The notes under the pieces were generated by a model. The model was not told the DNA's origin. It was given only the letters and a program-made list of their open reading frames with translations, and made no database searches. DNA of 63,837 nt, filler included, from Diploschistes diacapsis (lineage: Eukaryota): the NCBI GenBank assembly GCA_023645945.1. It is 7 parts of 7 records of this genome, joined end to end, with 100 filler letters (N's around TTAATTAATTAA, not from the genome) between each part and the next. Parts side by side here need not be neighbours in the genome. Positions count along the whole stretch, not along the records: positions 1 to 9,055 come from JALAIB010001078.1; positions 9,156 to 18,210 come from JALAIB010001079.1; 5 more parts are not named here. One strand, given 5' to 3'. Each line of letters opens with the position of its first letter. The first letter of the stretch is position 1. Shown one piece after another: positions 1 to 10,523 of the stretch. Position numbers and translations under genes: made by a program.

Positions 1-722
1 CTCAAGCCCCTAACCCCCGCCCAACTCGCCGCCTTCCAGCGCAAAGCCCGCAAAACAGGCGTCGTTTACCTCTCGCGCATCCCCCCCTTCATGAAGCCCT
101 CCACCGTCCGGCATCTTCTCTCCCCTTACGGCACCCTCCTCCGCATCTTCCTGACCCCGGAACCCACGCCCTCCCACACCAAGCGCGTGCGGGCGGGCGG
201 CAATAAAAAACGCTCCTTCATCGACGGCTGGGTCGAGTTTGCGTCTAAGAAGCGCGCCAAGATTTGTGCGGAAACTCTGAACGGGAACATCCTTGGTGGG
301 AAGAAGGGAGGGTGGTATCATGATGATATCTGGAATATCAAGTATTTGAGGGGGTTCAAGTGGGATGATTTGATGGAGCAAGTACAGGAGGAAGCAAGGG
401 AGAGAGGTACGTATTGGGCGCGACGTTTAAGAGGTCCGCCTATAGAACTTATACTGATTCTCAAACAGAGGGGAGGCTTAGGGCGGAGATACAACAGGAG
501 GCGAGGGAGAGGAGGGCGTTTATGGAAAATGTGGAGAGTGCGAAAATGGAGAGGGGGATGGAGACTAAGAAGAGGACGAAGAAGAGGGCAGAGGGTGTTG
601 AGGAGGGGAAGGCAGGAGGAGAAAGGATTTTCTGGCAGAAAAGAGTAAAGGAGAGGGACAAAGAGGCTAAGGGCATTGATCAGCAGGATGAAGTGAAAAG
701 GGTTTTGAGTAAAATATTTTAA
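1..722 (+). CDS. ESF2: Pre-rRNA-processing protein Esf2/ABT1 (5'-partial; intron 407..468)
   Basis: Frame 1 reads KTGVVYLSRIPPFMKP...GWVEFASKKRAK...LNGNILGGKKGGWYHDDIWNIKYLRGFKWDDL. A GTACGT...CTGAT...CAG intron joins it in frame to EGRLRAEIQQEARE, with the stop at 722. Confidence 0.93.
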
Positions 723-917
723 TCATAACTACGAATGCAGCTTGCGGACTCCATACTGGGACCAATGATGTGCAATCATCTCGTTTTAGCAATTGATTAT
801 CTTTATGTTTCAGAGATCGTTCCCAGCACTGGGAGATACAGTGTCCCTTTTATACCAAGCCAGTTCTAGAGTCGGAGCTGCCGAGACGCCATGCTATGCT
901 GGGATATCATTTCATGC

Positions 918-2589
918 CTATTCATCATCTTGAATGCCCATCTCTTCAAAGTCCTCGAGTAGGTCGCCGACGTCAATCTTCGGAACGTCTTCCTCGCCTG
1001 ATTCTTCCGTCTCTGCCATGCTCAACGTCTCAACGCCTTCCATTCCGTTCTGCTTGCGGTTTTGTCTTGCCTTATAAAGATCCAGCGTATTTCTAAGTTC
1101 GACGTCTTCTTCAACATCTCTCAAGAACATCTCGAAGTCATTCTCCATCCTCTGCTGCTCTTGTTTCTTTGGCAACAGCTCGCCTTCCTCTCGATTCATG
1201 CGCTTGAGGCGCCAGTTACGAGACTTGTTTTTCTTCTTTCGTACATAAGCTTTCTTAACCAGGACAACATCAGGTATCTGCGAGGCGAGACTATCCTTCT
1301 GCTCCAAAGCTTCAAAGTTTGCATTGTTGAAGTTCGTTCCCGAAAGGTGGTAGCCCATCGCGGAGTCCCCAGGATGTAATATACCTCCAAGATGCGTTCG
1401 TGTATAGTAAGTTTGATCATTCAATCCTAGATCTGACGACCGTGCAACGGTTGCTTCGGCGAGAAAGTAACGGCCTTTGTGGACGCCTAGCGGCTCGATA
1501 TCCATTATGATAAATTCAACCAACTCTGTTGCATCTGCCAAAGGAGCAAATGGTGACCTCCAGTAGATATTTGTCCCAATGTCTGCTGTTTGTAAGGTGT
1601 TTGGATCAAGGACGTTAATCGACGTTCCGACTCGGTAACATAGTGCCATCGGAGAGATATTCCCGATTTGCTTGGCAAGTTTGAGCGGGAGAGCGACGAG
1701 GTCATCTTTGCAAATTGGGATTAGCTCGCACGAGAATGAGAACTTGTAAGATTTTGTGGAGGTGTGTATGTCCATTGAAATCAACTCTTGGGACTTCTTT
1801 ACTCGAACTTCGATACTTGTAAGCCAATATCATGAACGGGCCTCTATCGTGTTTACCTGGAGAAACAGAAGTAAGGAAATCAACCAACTTCTCAGCATGG
1901 TTGCGCTGAGAGAAAAAAAAGTCCAGGCCCTCTTTTGCCTCTTTTATATTGATCGAGTCTCGATGTGCGGAATGCTTGAGAATAAGCTGCTCCAGGTGTA
2001 GAAACGTCCGCTTGTGGGAAACTTTCTGCCTGACTTGCACGACTGCTCGCCATGTATTTGCAGTGAAGGACTTTGCACAATCTGATGGTGTTAGCCCTGC
2101 ACAATCTGATTTACTCAGGGAACCCATCATACCTGGGCATTGCTGATAAGCAACGACATACTCCACCTCAAAGGTCTGCTGTACTATCGTCCCTTGATAA
2201 GCCTCCTGCTGTACCGTGATCTTGACCTTGATTCGCCTCGAATGCGGCTCCGTCCACAGAAAGATTGCGTCTATTATCCTAACTTTAGATAAACCTCTGA
2301 GCTTGCGTAAGCACAGCGCGAGCAATTCTCTCGACTCTGGAGCGGCAGCGACCCATTGCGCAGGGGGTTGTAGCCATCTCTCACAATCGCGGCATGTATG
2401 TAGTGTTGCTTCTCGCTGTATTCCATCCGATACATCGACAGTGAGTTTGAGACAATCATAGCAGAGAGCTCCTACAGATTTAGTGCCATCTATAGGCGCA
2501 CCGCAGTTGCAGCACAGGATGGTAGCATTGTTCTGAGACTCGAGAGGTTTTGTAGGCAAGGCGACTGGAGAATCAATATCCATCGACAT
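918..2589 (-). CDS. NMD3: 60S ribosomal export adaptor Nmd3 (introns 2082..2132 and 1808..1856)
   Basis: Motifs CCNCGAPI...LCYDC, CRDCERWLQPP, WTEPHSRRIKVK, QQCPDCAK (after splicing) and KKSQELISMDIHTS. The spliced length is 1572 nt, a multiple of 3. Confidence 0.95.
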
Positions 2590-2984
2590 GGCGCTAGCGA
2601 TAAAACCGGGACACTGATGACTATAATAAAAGAGAAACACAGCTAGTAAAGAGGACTAGAGTATATTTTTGAACCATCAAAGGTTTTCTCAGGAACAGCC
2701 GGGCTACTATGAAAGATGCGCACGACAAGATCTTAAAAGTTTGCCCCGCGACAAGGTTCTATCATATTGTGGCGCAAGCTCCGAGTCATTGCAGGGCGCG
2801 CGGGAGGGACGTTCTAACCCGTCACCAAACGCTAACCAGACTTAGATTTAGGGTAGGCTCGGGGTTCAGTCGGCGATCTGAAAACCATTTAGCAATACCC
2901 TCGCTCATCTCCCAAACCTTCATATCTTCTCTTTTCTTTCTGCTACTTAGCTCAGAAGAGCGTAGCGGCTCTGAACTCAGCACC

Positions 2985-5285
2985 ATGCCGGTCGTCAAGG
3001 GAGGTGTGTGGACCAATATTGAAGATGAGGTCTTGAAGGCGGCAATATCAAAATATGGACTAAACCAATGGGCACGAGTGTCTTCATTGCTGGCGCGAAA
3101 GACGCCGAAACAATGCAAGGCGCGCTGGTCGGAATGGCTCGATCCTGGCATTAGGAAGATTGAGTGGTCTAAGGAGGAGGATGAAAAGCTTCTACATCTT
3201 GCAAAGTTGATGCCCACTCAGTGGAGGACTATTGCACCAATAGTTGGGCGGACAGCGACACAATGTCTGGAAAGGTATCAGAAGTTGCTTGACGATGCCG
3301 AAGCGCGAGAGAGCAACGAGCTAGGGCTGGGTGGTCCAGCTGGTGGTGAAACAGCCGCACCTTCCGCAGACGACGTAAGGCGACTTCGTCCAGGGGAGCT
3401 CGATCCAGATCCAGAATCCAAGCCTGCCAGACCGGACACAATCGATCTCGATGAAGATGAAAAGGAGATGCTTAGTGAAGCTCGAGCTCGGCTGGCGAAT
3501 ACACAGGGTAAGAAGGCGAAGAGGAAGGCTCGCGAACGTCAGCTTGAGGAATCGCGGAGATTAGCGCTTCTCCAGAAGCGGCGAGAATTGAAGAATGCAG
3601 GTATCAACATCAAAATAACCAACCGGAAGAAGGGACAGATGGACTACAATGCGGATATACCTTTTGAAAAGCCAGCAGCGCCAGGATACTACGACACAAA
3701 GGAGGAGCTAGATCAGAACGAGCGCGAGCGGGAACGGTATGATCCTAGAAAACAGCAACTCGCCATTAAAAGGAAAGGTGAGCAAGAGGAAGAAAGTACC
3801 GAAAAGAAAAGGCACAAGGGCGAGAAGAATGGGCCTTCAGCAGATTTCTCTGCCGCGGCCAAAGCTGGGCAGATGCAGAAGATCAGGGAGGCCGAACGAA
3901 ATAGCAAGAGGAGGGCTTTGGTGCTGCCGACTCCGCAGGTTGGCGAGAGCGAGCTCGAAGACATTGTGAAGATGGGCTTAGCCGGAGAACAAGCAAATCA
4001 GCTAGCTCGTCAGGGCGAGAATGAAACGACAAGAGGTCTTGTTGGCAACTATTCGAGCATGGTTGGCTCAGCACCCATTCGCACACCTCGAGCGCCCCCG
4101 CAAGAAGATCACATTGCGAACGAGATTCGGAACATCAGAGCTTTGACGGAGACCCAATCTTCTCTATTAGGGGGTGAGAACACGCCTCTTTATGAAGGTC
4201 CTGCTTCTACTGGCTTCGACGGGGCTACACCTAGAAGGAACAATATGGTCACCCCCAATCCAATGGCAACCCCTTATCGGCAGGTAAATGGCGCCCATCC
4301 GTCTTCGCAAGCGACAGGACCTGATGCTACGCCATTTCGCACGCCTCGTAACACCCTTGCGATCAATCAAGAAGGTTTCTCCCAGGCTCCAGGGGGGACA
4401 CCACGCGAGCTCAAGCTGCAAGAGCGATCCGTCAAGAACCAGCTTCGCTCTCAGTAAGTGTATCAACCTGGTTATTTTGATTCGGTGCTAATACTATATA
4501 GGCTAGCATCGCTTCCGAAGCCCAAAGAGACTGAATGGGAACTTGAGCTCCCAGACGAGCAGAGAGTTTCGATTGAAGAAGATAGCATGTCTTTAGAGGA
4601 TGCGAGCGAAAGGGACCAACGTAATGCAGCAATTAAGAAAGCCTTAGAGGAAGCTGAGTTCAGGCGACGAACGCAGGTGGTGCAGCGAGGTCTCCCAATG
4701 ATCCCTTTGAAAAGCCTTGGCATATTGAAGGACAGGATTTCTATCCTGGTAGATCCATTTCAAAAAGCCATCGCAGAAGAAATGGCTCTTCTGGTTGAGA
4801 ATGACAGCACACCAGGCCAGAACTCTCAGCTTGAAATACTCGATGATGAATTGTTGAGCAAAGCCAGGGCTGAAATCCAACAGGAAATGCCTGCAGAAAT
4901 CCCTCCTTTACTACAGGAAGATCTAGCGCCCATTGATCCCTCAATATTTCCTACCCTATATAACTCTATTGAGCATCTGGCAGAGATGAACAACGCGATC
5001 GAAAAGAAGCTAGCACTTCATCTCGGGGGGTATCAGCAACGGGCAAAGACATTGCGACAGAAGATCTCAGAAGCAGCAGACGCTCTGGAGGCGACAAATC
5101 TGCGAGCCGAGACTGCGCGAACCGCTCAGATGGCCGAAGAGGCAGCACTAGCAACTCGATTAGCGCAGCTACGTGAGGAAGTGACGGTGGTCAACAGGCG
5201 TGAGCGCGAGACGCAAGAGGCTTATCGTGCCCAGAAGGAAGAGCTAGAGAGCCTAGGAGCTACGTTGACCAATGGCGTGCATTGA
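2985..5285 (+). CDS. CEF1: Pre-mRNA splicing factor Cef1/Cdc5 (Myb repeats; intron 4454..4501)
   Basis: Myb repeats [76 protein letters not shown]...CTAAT...TAG intron joins to [17 protein letters not shown]. Confidence 0.96.
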
Positions 5286-6862
5286 TTATCCATAAAGTAC
5301 CAGGTTACACCAACAGCATTCATTGGTATCACAGTAATTGTCTTACTGTTTGAAGTATATGCCTCCGGAGCCCTCCCCAACCAAACAGCTGTTGATCTTT
5401 CAAGGAAACACGCGTCGTTAATCTCCAATCACGAAAAGTTTACCAACCAAATAACGCTCGAGAGAAAGGATAACGCTATGTAGGAACCAGGACTCCTTTG
5501 TCACGATCGGAGCCTGTTGGTAACTGACTGAGCATGACATACTGTCCGTTTGACCTGCTATCCTCAAGGACTCGGATGCGCAGCTTCAACACTTGCACTT
5601 GGAATGAGGATCGCAGTTTGAGTAGCGCCTGTTTTTTACGCTCTTGCTGTTCCTCACGGGCTTTGAACGCTGCTCAAAGGCTGTCAGGCTTAGATAGGTG
5701 AGGCAGGGAAGATGAACGGGGCTTGAGCCTCGTTGGGCTCTACAAATACGGAGCTCGTTGTCTGATATAGAATGAAAGAGCACTGAGTACCACGAAAGAT
5801 CCGGAAGTAGGTTGATCATGACAGTGATGGGTTTGGAGCCAAAGAAGGTAGTCCTCTTAAATATATATGGTTTCAAGCAAACAAGGCGTCAGCGCCAACT
5901 TGGGCACAACTAGCCTTCACCAAGTCTGCTTTCCGTATCAACCTTAAACATTTTCTATACTATTTTAAAGCGCATGAATTTTAGTATCAAGGCGTTTTGG
6001 AGTCTCATCGGGCGCTTCTTCTCAATGGGGGAGGCCTCCGGTTGATTAAGATATGGAGGCTTACTCTCTGTGTATCCTTCGATGATTAACTTGTTATCGC
6101 GGACATAACTGCGCTTTATTCACACTCAATTGTGCCGGAGACCTGAGGAAAACGATGTCTCAACAGGAGAAGCCAAGGGATGTATGTGTATGGGCGTTGT
6201 GGTTAAAACTCAGCAAATCGGAGGACTTCCGGGGTCAGCAATTGGTCACGTGTATGGCCTACTGTTTCTTCGGGGATTGCGACTCGCTCTCGCTTCGAGG
6301 AAAACAAAGCCGGCTGCGGCGAACGCGTTCCAAAGCCAGAATATAATATCCCGATTGTACAATTGCCAGCCAAATCGAGGTCGGAACAAAGGTCGTCTGC
6401 ATCGCATCGCATGCCGCATCCGGAACATCAGAGGTAATGCGAGTATTTCTCTGGCATCACATCGTGCAATCACGCTCTGAGAATAACGGTGCTGCATGTA
6501 TAAGTGGGATTTCTGTTTCTTTCCCAATACATAGAGCTCAGTATAGCTCGAAAGGGAGCTAAAACTGTGCGCTCCATGCCCATCTTCAAATATTGATAGT
6601 CATGTTTGAGTCTCCGAACATGCTCACTTCTATTAAACTACTTTATGAATTCAGTCTGGTTGCACAATCCGCCGCAAGGTCAATCAAAAATCCATGAACA
6701 AAGTATTGACTTTCTGATAGCCTCCGACACCTTTGCAAAGTAAGCAGGACCCTAAAGAAGCTTTTTCTGCTCTAACAAGACATCACTACAGGTCCTCAAA
6801 GACCAATATTCAATACACCCTCCGCGTTAAGGATATATTGGATCATAGGAAATAGATAAGAT

Positions 6863-8518
6863 ATGGCTCCAAGGAAAAAGCGTACGATGCGCTCCATTGG
6901 TCGCGATATGACTCCTGCAGCCTCTGTGAACGTAGCTAACAAGGCTCGGAAAGGGTATGCGAAAGAACGGCCTCCGATCCCAACCAACATATCGTTAGCG
7001 TATGGGGCTCCGGGCAGAGTTGCGATGCCTCCGCGACTAAAGCCTAAACCCAAGAACACCGATGTCGCGGAAGCAATTCAGGAAATGCTTGACGAAGATC
7101 AATCAGCCCAGCAAACGAGCCCGTTTGCGGTGGCTCAAAGTAAGCCCGAGCGAAGCACGCCCGACCTTTCGGAGCTGTCCGACGATCAACTTAGCTCGGA
7201 TCTGGAAGATGAAAATCCTGAAGAGGAGCAAAAGGCAGACGATAAGGATGAGGCCGATGTGCAGAAAGAGGATGTTGAAAGTAAGCGGGATGAAGATGAG
7301 AGTCAAGACGAGAACCAAGGAAAGGATCGGGACGAAGGGGAGGAGCATGTCAAAGTGCGCGCAGGAGCAAGTCGCTCTACGAGACTACCAGAGAGACAGG
7401 ATTTTGCTGGCGAGCCCAGAAGTCAGCACAGGAGCTTTGCGACGGAAGCAATAATCGCCTCTGAAGCAAGACTTCGAAGACCAGCCAATCCACTTCGCGA
7501 GACAATAAGATACCTAACAAATTTTCTCGTCGGAAAATGGGATGATTATGGCGGTCCCTTGATACTGGAGTACTTGACTCTACTTTTCAAATTCTTCTTT
7601 ATCGCCTCGGTCGTCATCTTCAGCTACCAAGGATTACAACCATACATGCCTAACATTCGATTACCTTCATTATCTAGCCTGCGGAGTCCTCTCAGCGCTG
7701 GCATTTCAGCCAACGGTAAATCGGTGTTTGACAATCGTCCTTTAACAGCACTCCAGGAAATGACCACTTATCAGTACAATCTCTTACGGGCTCGTTTAGA
7801 CTCGTTGGAGCTATCTTACGATCGTTTGTCTCGGACGGTTAGCGCTCCAGTTTCAGCCCGCAAGATCAATTTCTTTGCTTTAGGAAGTGGAGTCATTGTC
7901 GATCCATTCCTCACATCACCAACCAGATATGACAAATCGCCCTCTGTGATCGACGGGATGTTGTCTTGGCTCAGAGGCCTGCCACCGGCACCGTTTCCTC
8001 CTCCTTTTATGGCATTGACTGCTTGGGATGATATGGGCGACTGCTGGTGTGCTCCTGACTCGGGTGGAAAGTCACAGCTGGCCATCACGTTGCAGAAATG
8101 GGTCGTCCCGCAAGAACTTGTAGTGGAGCATATCCCAATGGAAGCGACTCTGGATTCAGGAGCCGCACCAAAGGACATTGAACTTTGGGTCCAGATTCTC
8201 GATCCGGACAGAAGAGAAGCGGTAGCCAGAGCGGCTCTATCCCACAATATTACCTCGCCGGACATCGAGAACCAGAGAGAGATATACTCGACAAGTCGGT
8301 CACTGGACAGAACGTGGGTTCGGATCGGACGCTGGCAGTACAATCTGTTCAGCCCTGATAATGTTCAGGTCTTCCAGGTACCCGTGCCGTTGGAGCACTT
8401 TGGAGCTCCCATCCAAAAGCTTGCGATAAGGACGTTGAGTAATTGGGGAAAGGTGGATTACGTCTGTCTGTACAGGCTAAAGCTACACGGCCTTATCGCG
8501 AAAGCGGTGGTGGCTTAA
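6863..8518 (+). CDS. SUN-domain (Sad1/UNC-84-like) nuclear envelope/spindle pole body protein
   Basis: Basic then acidic N-terminus, one hydrophobic segment (LILEYLTLLFKFFFIASVVIFSY), and C-terminal SUN motifs GDCWC, VVEHIP...SGAAPKDIELW and SNWGKVDYVCLYRLKLHG. Confidence 0.85.
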   Translation: MAPRKKRTMRSIGRDMTPAASVNVANKARKGYAKERPPIPTNISLAYGAPGRVAMPPRLKPKPKNTDVAEAIQEMLDEDQSAQQTSPFAVAQSKPERSTPDLSELSDDQLSSDLEDENPEEEQKADDKDEADVQKEDVESKRDEDESQDENQGKDRDEGEEHVKVRAGASRSTRLPERQDFAGEPRSQHRSFATEAIIASEARLRRPANPLRETIRYLTNFLVGKWDDYGGPLILEYLTLLFKFFFIASVVIFSYQGLQPYMPNIRLPSLSSLRSPLSAGISANGKSVFDNRPLTALQEMTTYQYNLLRARLDSLELSYDRLSRTVSAPVSARKINFFALGSGVIVDPFLTSPTRYDKSPSVIDGMLSWLRGLPPAPFPPPFMALTAWDDMGDCWCAPDSGGKSQLAITLQKWVVPQELVVEHIPMEATLDSGAAPKDIELWVQILDPDRREAVARAALSHNITSPDIENQREIYSTSRSLDRTWVRIGRWQYNLFSPDNVQVFQVPVPLEHFGAPIQKLAIRTLSNWGKVDYVCLYRLKLHGLIAKAVVA

Positions 8519-9055
8519 ACTGAAGGTTTTTGCGTAGATCTCAAACTCAGCGTGGAGGCAAGATGAGCTTGGGTTCGTGCGCATGAATGCCATAAGTGCA
8601 CAACAATAGGCTTTTGATGATAAGGGACATTGAGATGCTTGATGGACTACTCGAGGTTCGAGGTAGTTGTACGGACATTTCAAATCATGAGATATGATGG
8701 ATGATGGATCAAGGAGCGGCTCTGTATAGTCTAGATACCCATATTGCGCCAATGTTCGAATTCTGTTGCTAATGCGAAAGAGCGTGATGAAAATGATAGA
8801 AACTTGTCCACACTATACTCAAAACTCCCTGGATAGAAGCTGTTCAATCTGCCGAAGAGAAACTTGATTTGGTGAATAGAATGGTTCACCACCTGCAAAC
8901 AGAAATGTATAAAACGTCTGAGGGTTGACTCATTCAATCCTTCTACTAGTAGATACACATATCACCCCCCCTTCACAAAAAAAAACTCAAAAAACCGACC
9001 TAGGTACCTACCAACCACCAATGTCCCAAATCGGCGACGCCTCCCCTCCCTCTCC

Positions 9056-9155
9056 NNNNNNNNNNNNNNNNNNNNNNNNNNNNNNNNNNNNNNNNNNNNT
9101 TAATTAATTAANNNNNNNNNNNNNNNNNNNNNNNNNNNNNNNNNNNNNNNNNNNN
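9056..9155. other. Artificial contig spacer N44-TTAATTAATTAA-N44
   Basis: 100-bp spacer with a six-frame stop linker; identical at six places in the window. Confidence 0.97.
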
Positions 9156-9280
9156 AAGTAAACTTTATAACTATCAATAATATGTCGACGAAACTATAAA
9201 AATATTTATTTTTAATACATCTTAAAATAAACAACTATTAAAGTCAATCAGATTTCTAAATATTCAGCTAAATACCATGA

Positions 9281-9444
9281 GCAGGGGTGTGGGGATGCAA
9301 TCCCCACAAATAAAAAAAGCAGGGGTTTGGGGGTGCAACCTCCAATAAACCTACCCAGTTTTTTAAGCCTAGATTTTTTACTTAATACTTACTGCTTCGC
9401 TTAGGAACTTGGAGGGTGACATCATGTGTCGCCAGACACATGAT
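9281..9444. repeat. Cluster of short inverted repeats (two GCA-loop hairpins and one 10-bp-stem hairpin)
   Basis: TGTGGGGAT-GCA-ATCCCCACA (9288..9308), TTGGGGGT-GCA-ACCTCCAA (9327..9345), ATCATGTGTC-GCCA-GACACATGAT (9421..9444). Confidence 0.8.
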
Positions 9445-9450
9445 ATTAGC

Positions 9451-10042
9451 TAGGCTGGCCGTTTCGTGCCACGGTCACTGACACGGACACTGCAGCCTAA
9501 ATTTTCAAAACACGGACACTGACACGGACACGACAACTAAAATTTTAAAACACGGATACTGACACGGACACTGTACTGCAGTAAAAGCACGGACACGGAC
9601 ACTACAATTAAAAATTTTAAAACATTAATACTGATACGGATACTACATTTCCGTAAATCCACCGAAACACTGCGGTAAATCCACCGAAACACCGCAGTGA
9701 AATTTTTTTAAAAAAATAAAAGCGTGAGAAATAGGCGGGATAATTCCAAAATTATTAAAATTAAACAAATAATTTAAAATGTTTCGATAAATGCACGGAC
9801 ACGGACACCGCAATAAAAAATTTTTCGATACGGACACTAACACGGACACTGCACTGTAGTGAAAGCACGGACACGGACACTGCAATTAAAAATTTTAAAA
9901 CACTGACACTAACACGGACACTACACTTCCGTGAATCCACGGACACGGACACCGCAGCTAAAAAATCTAAAACACGGACACTGACACTGTCAGTGTCCGT
10001 GTCACTGACACGGCCGTGTCAGTGTCAGTGACGGCCAGCCTA
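9451..10042. mobile_element. Non-autonomous hAT-like DNA transposon (MITE), 592 bp
   Basis: 12-bp terminal inverted repeats TAGGCTGGCCGT / ACGGCCAGCCTA. Perfect 8-bp target-site duplication ATATTAGC at 9443..9450 and 10043..10050. About 15 internal CACGGAC motifs and no convincing ORF. Confidence 0.88.
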
Positions 10043-10523
10043 ATATTAGCTTTAAAGCATCGAAGATCTCCCGCAGTGATTTTCCAGCTGAATTGTTCAG
10101 AAGATTTCCTGGAGCTATTTTACTCCTAATTTGTTCATACAGTTTAATCTTGCTGGAGATTCTTAGCGCGCTATTCTGCTCCGACCGAGTGTTCATAGCT
10201 TGAGTGTATTGGACTTTATTCCGGAGCTATTTCGCTCCCCCGCTGGGTGTTGCAGCTGGATATACCGGAAATTTTCTCAAGCTTTTGCATCCAGTTTGCC
10301 TTTGAGTTCTCTCACTGAGTCCTCCTCTTCCTCTTCGTCTTTGTCTGTTCAGCTGTCTTCATAATCAGATACTCCTCCTAGGGTATCTTCTACCAGATAA
10401 CTCCTCCTCGGTCTCATGTTAACTTCTGTCGCCTTTCTGCATACCAATCCGTGAATATTCATCAGCCCGTGCTCAAAATTTTTTGTTGGTCCTAGCTCAA
10501 GGGCACTCTGACTTTCCTGAACT

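Noticed and set aside
2709..2984. N-terminal extension of CEF1 from ATG 2709
   Set aside because: The conserved Cef1 start MPVVKGG is at 2985; the upstream frame lies in the divergent promoter and shows no domain character.
8829..9055. Possible 3' end of a minus-strand gene (…LGHWWLV|GGEPFYSPNQVSLRQIEQLLSREF*)
   Set aside because: The splice is plausible, but the piece is too short and is cut by the contig end, so no family can be recognised.
9100..9111. TTAATTAATTAA recurring every ~9.1 kb as a biological periodic motif
   Set aside because: It is always centred in identical N-runs; it is an assembly linker with stops in all six frames.
9470..10030. CACGGACAC array as a CRISPR array or telomeric repeat
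   Set aside because: The context is eukaryotic and there is no constant repeat with unique spacers. The array is bounded by TIRs and a TSD, so a transposon explains it.
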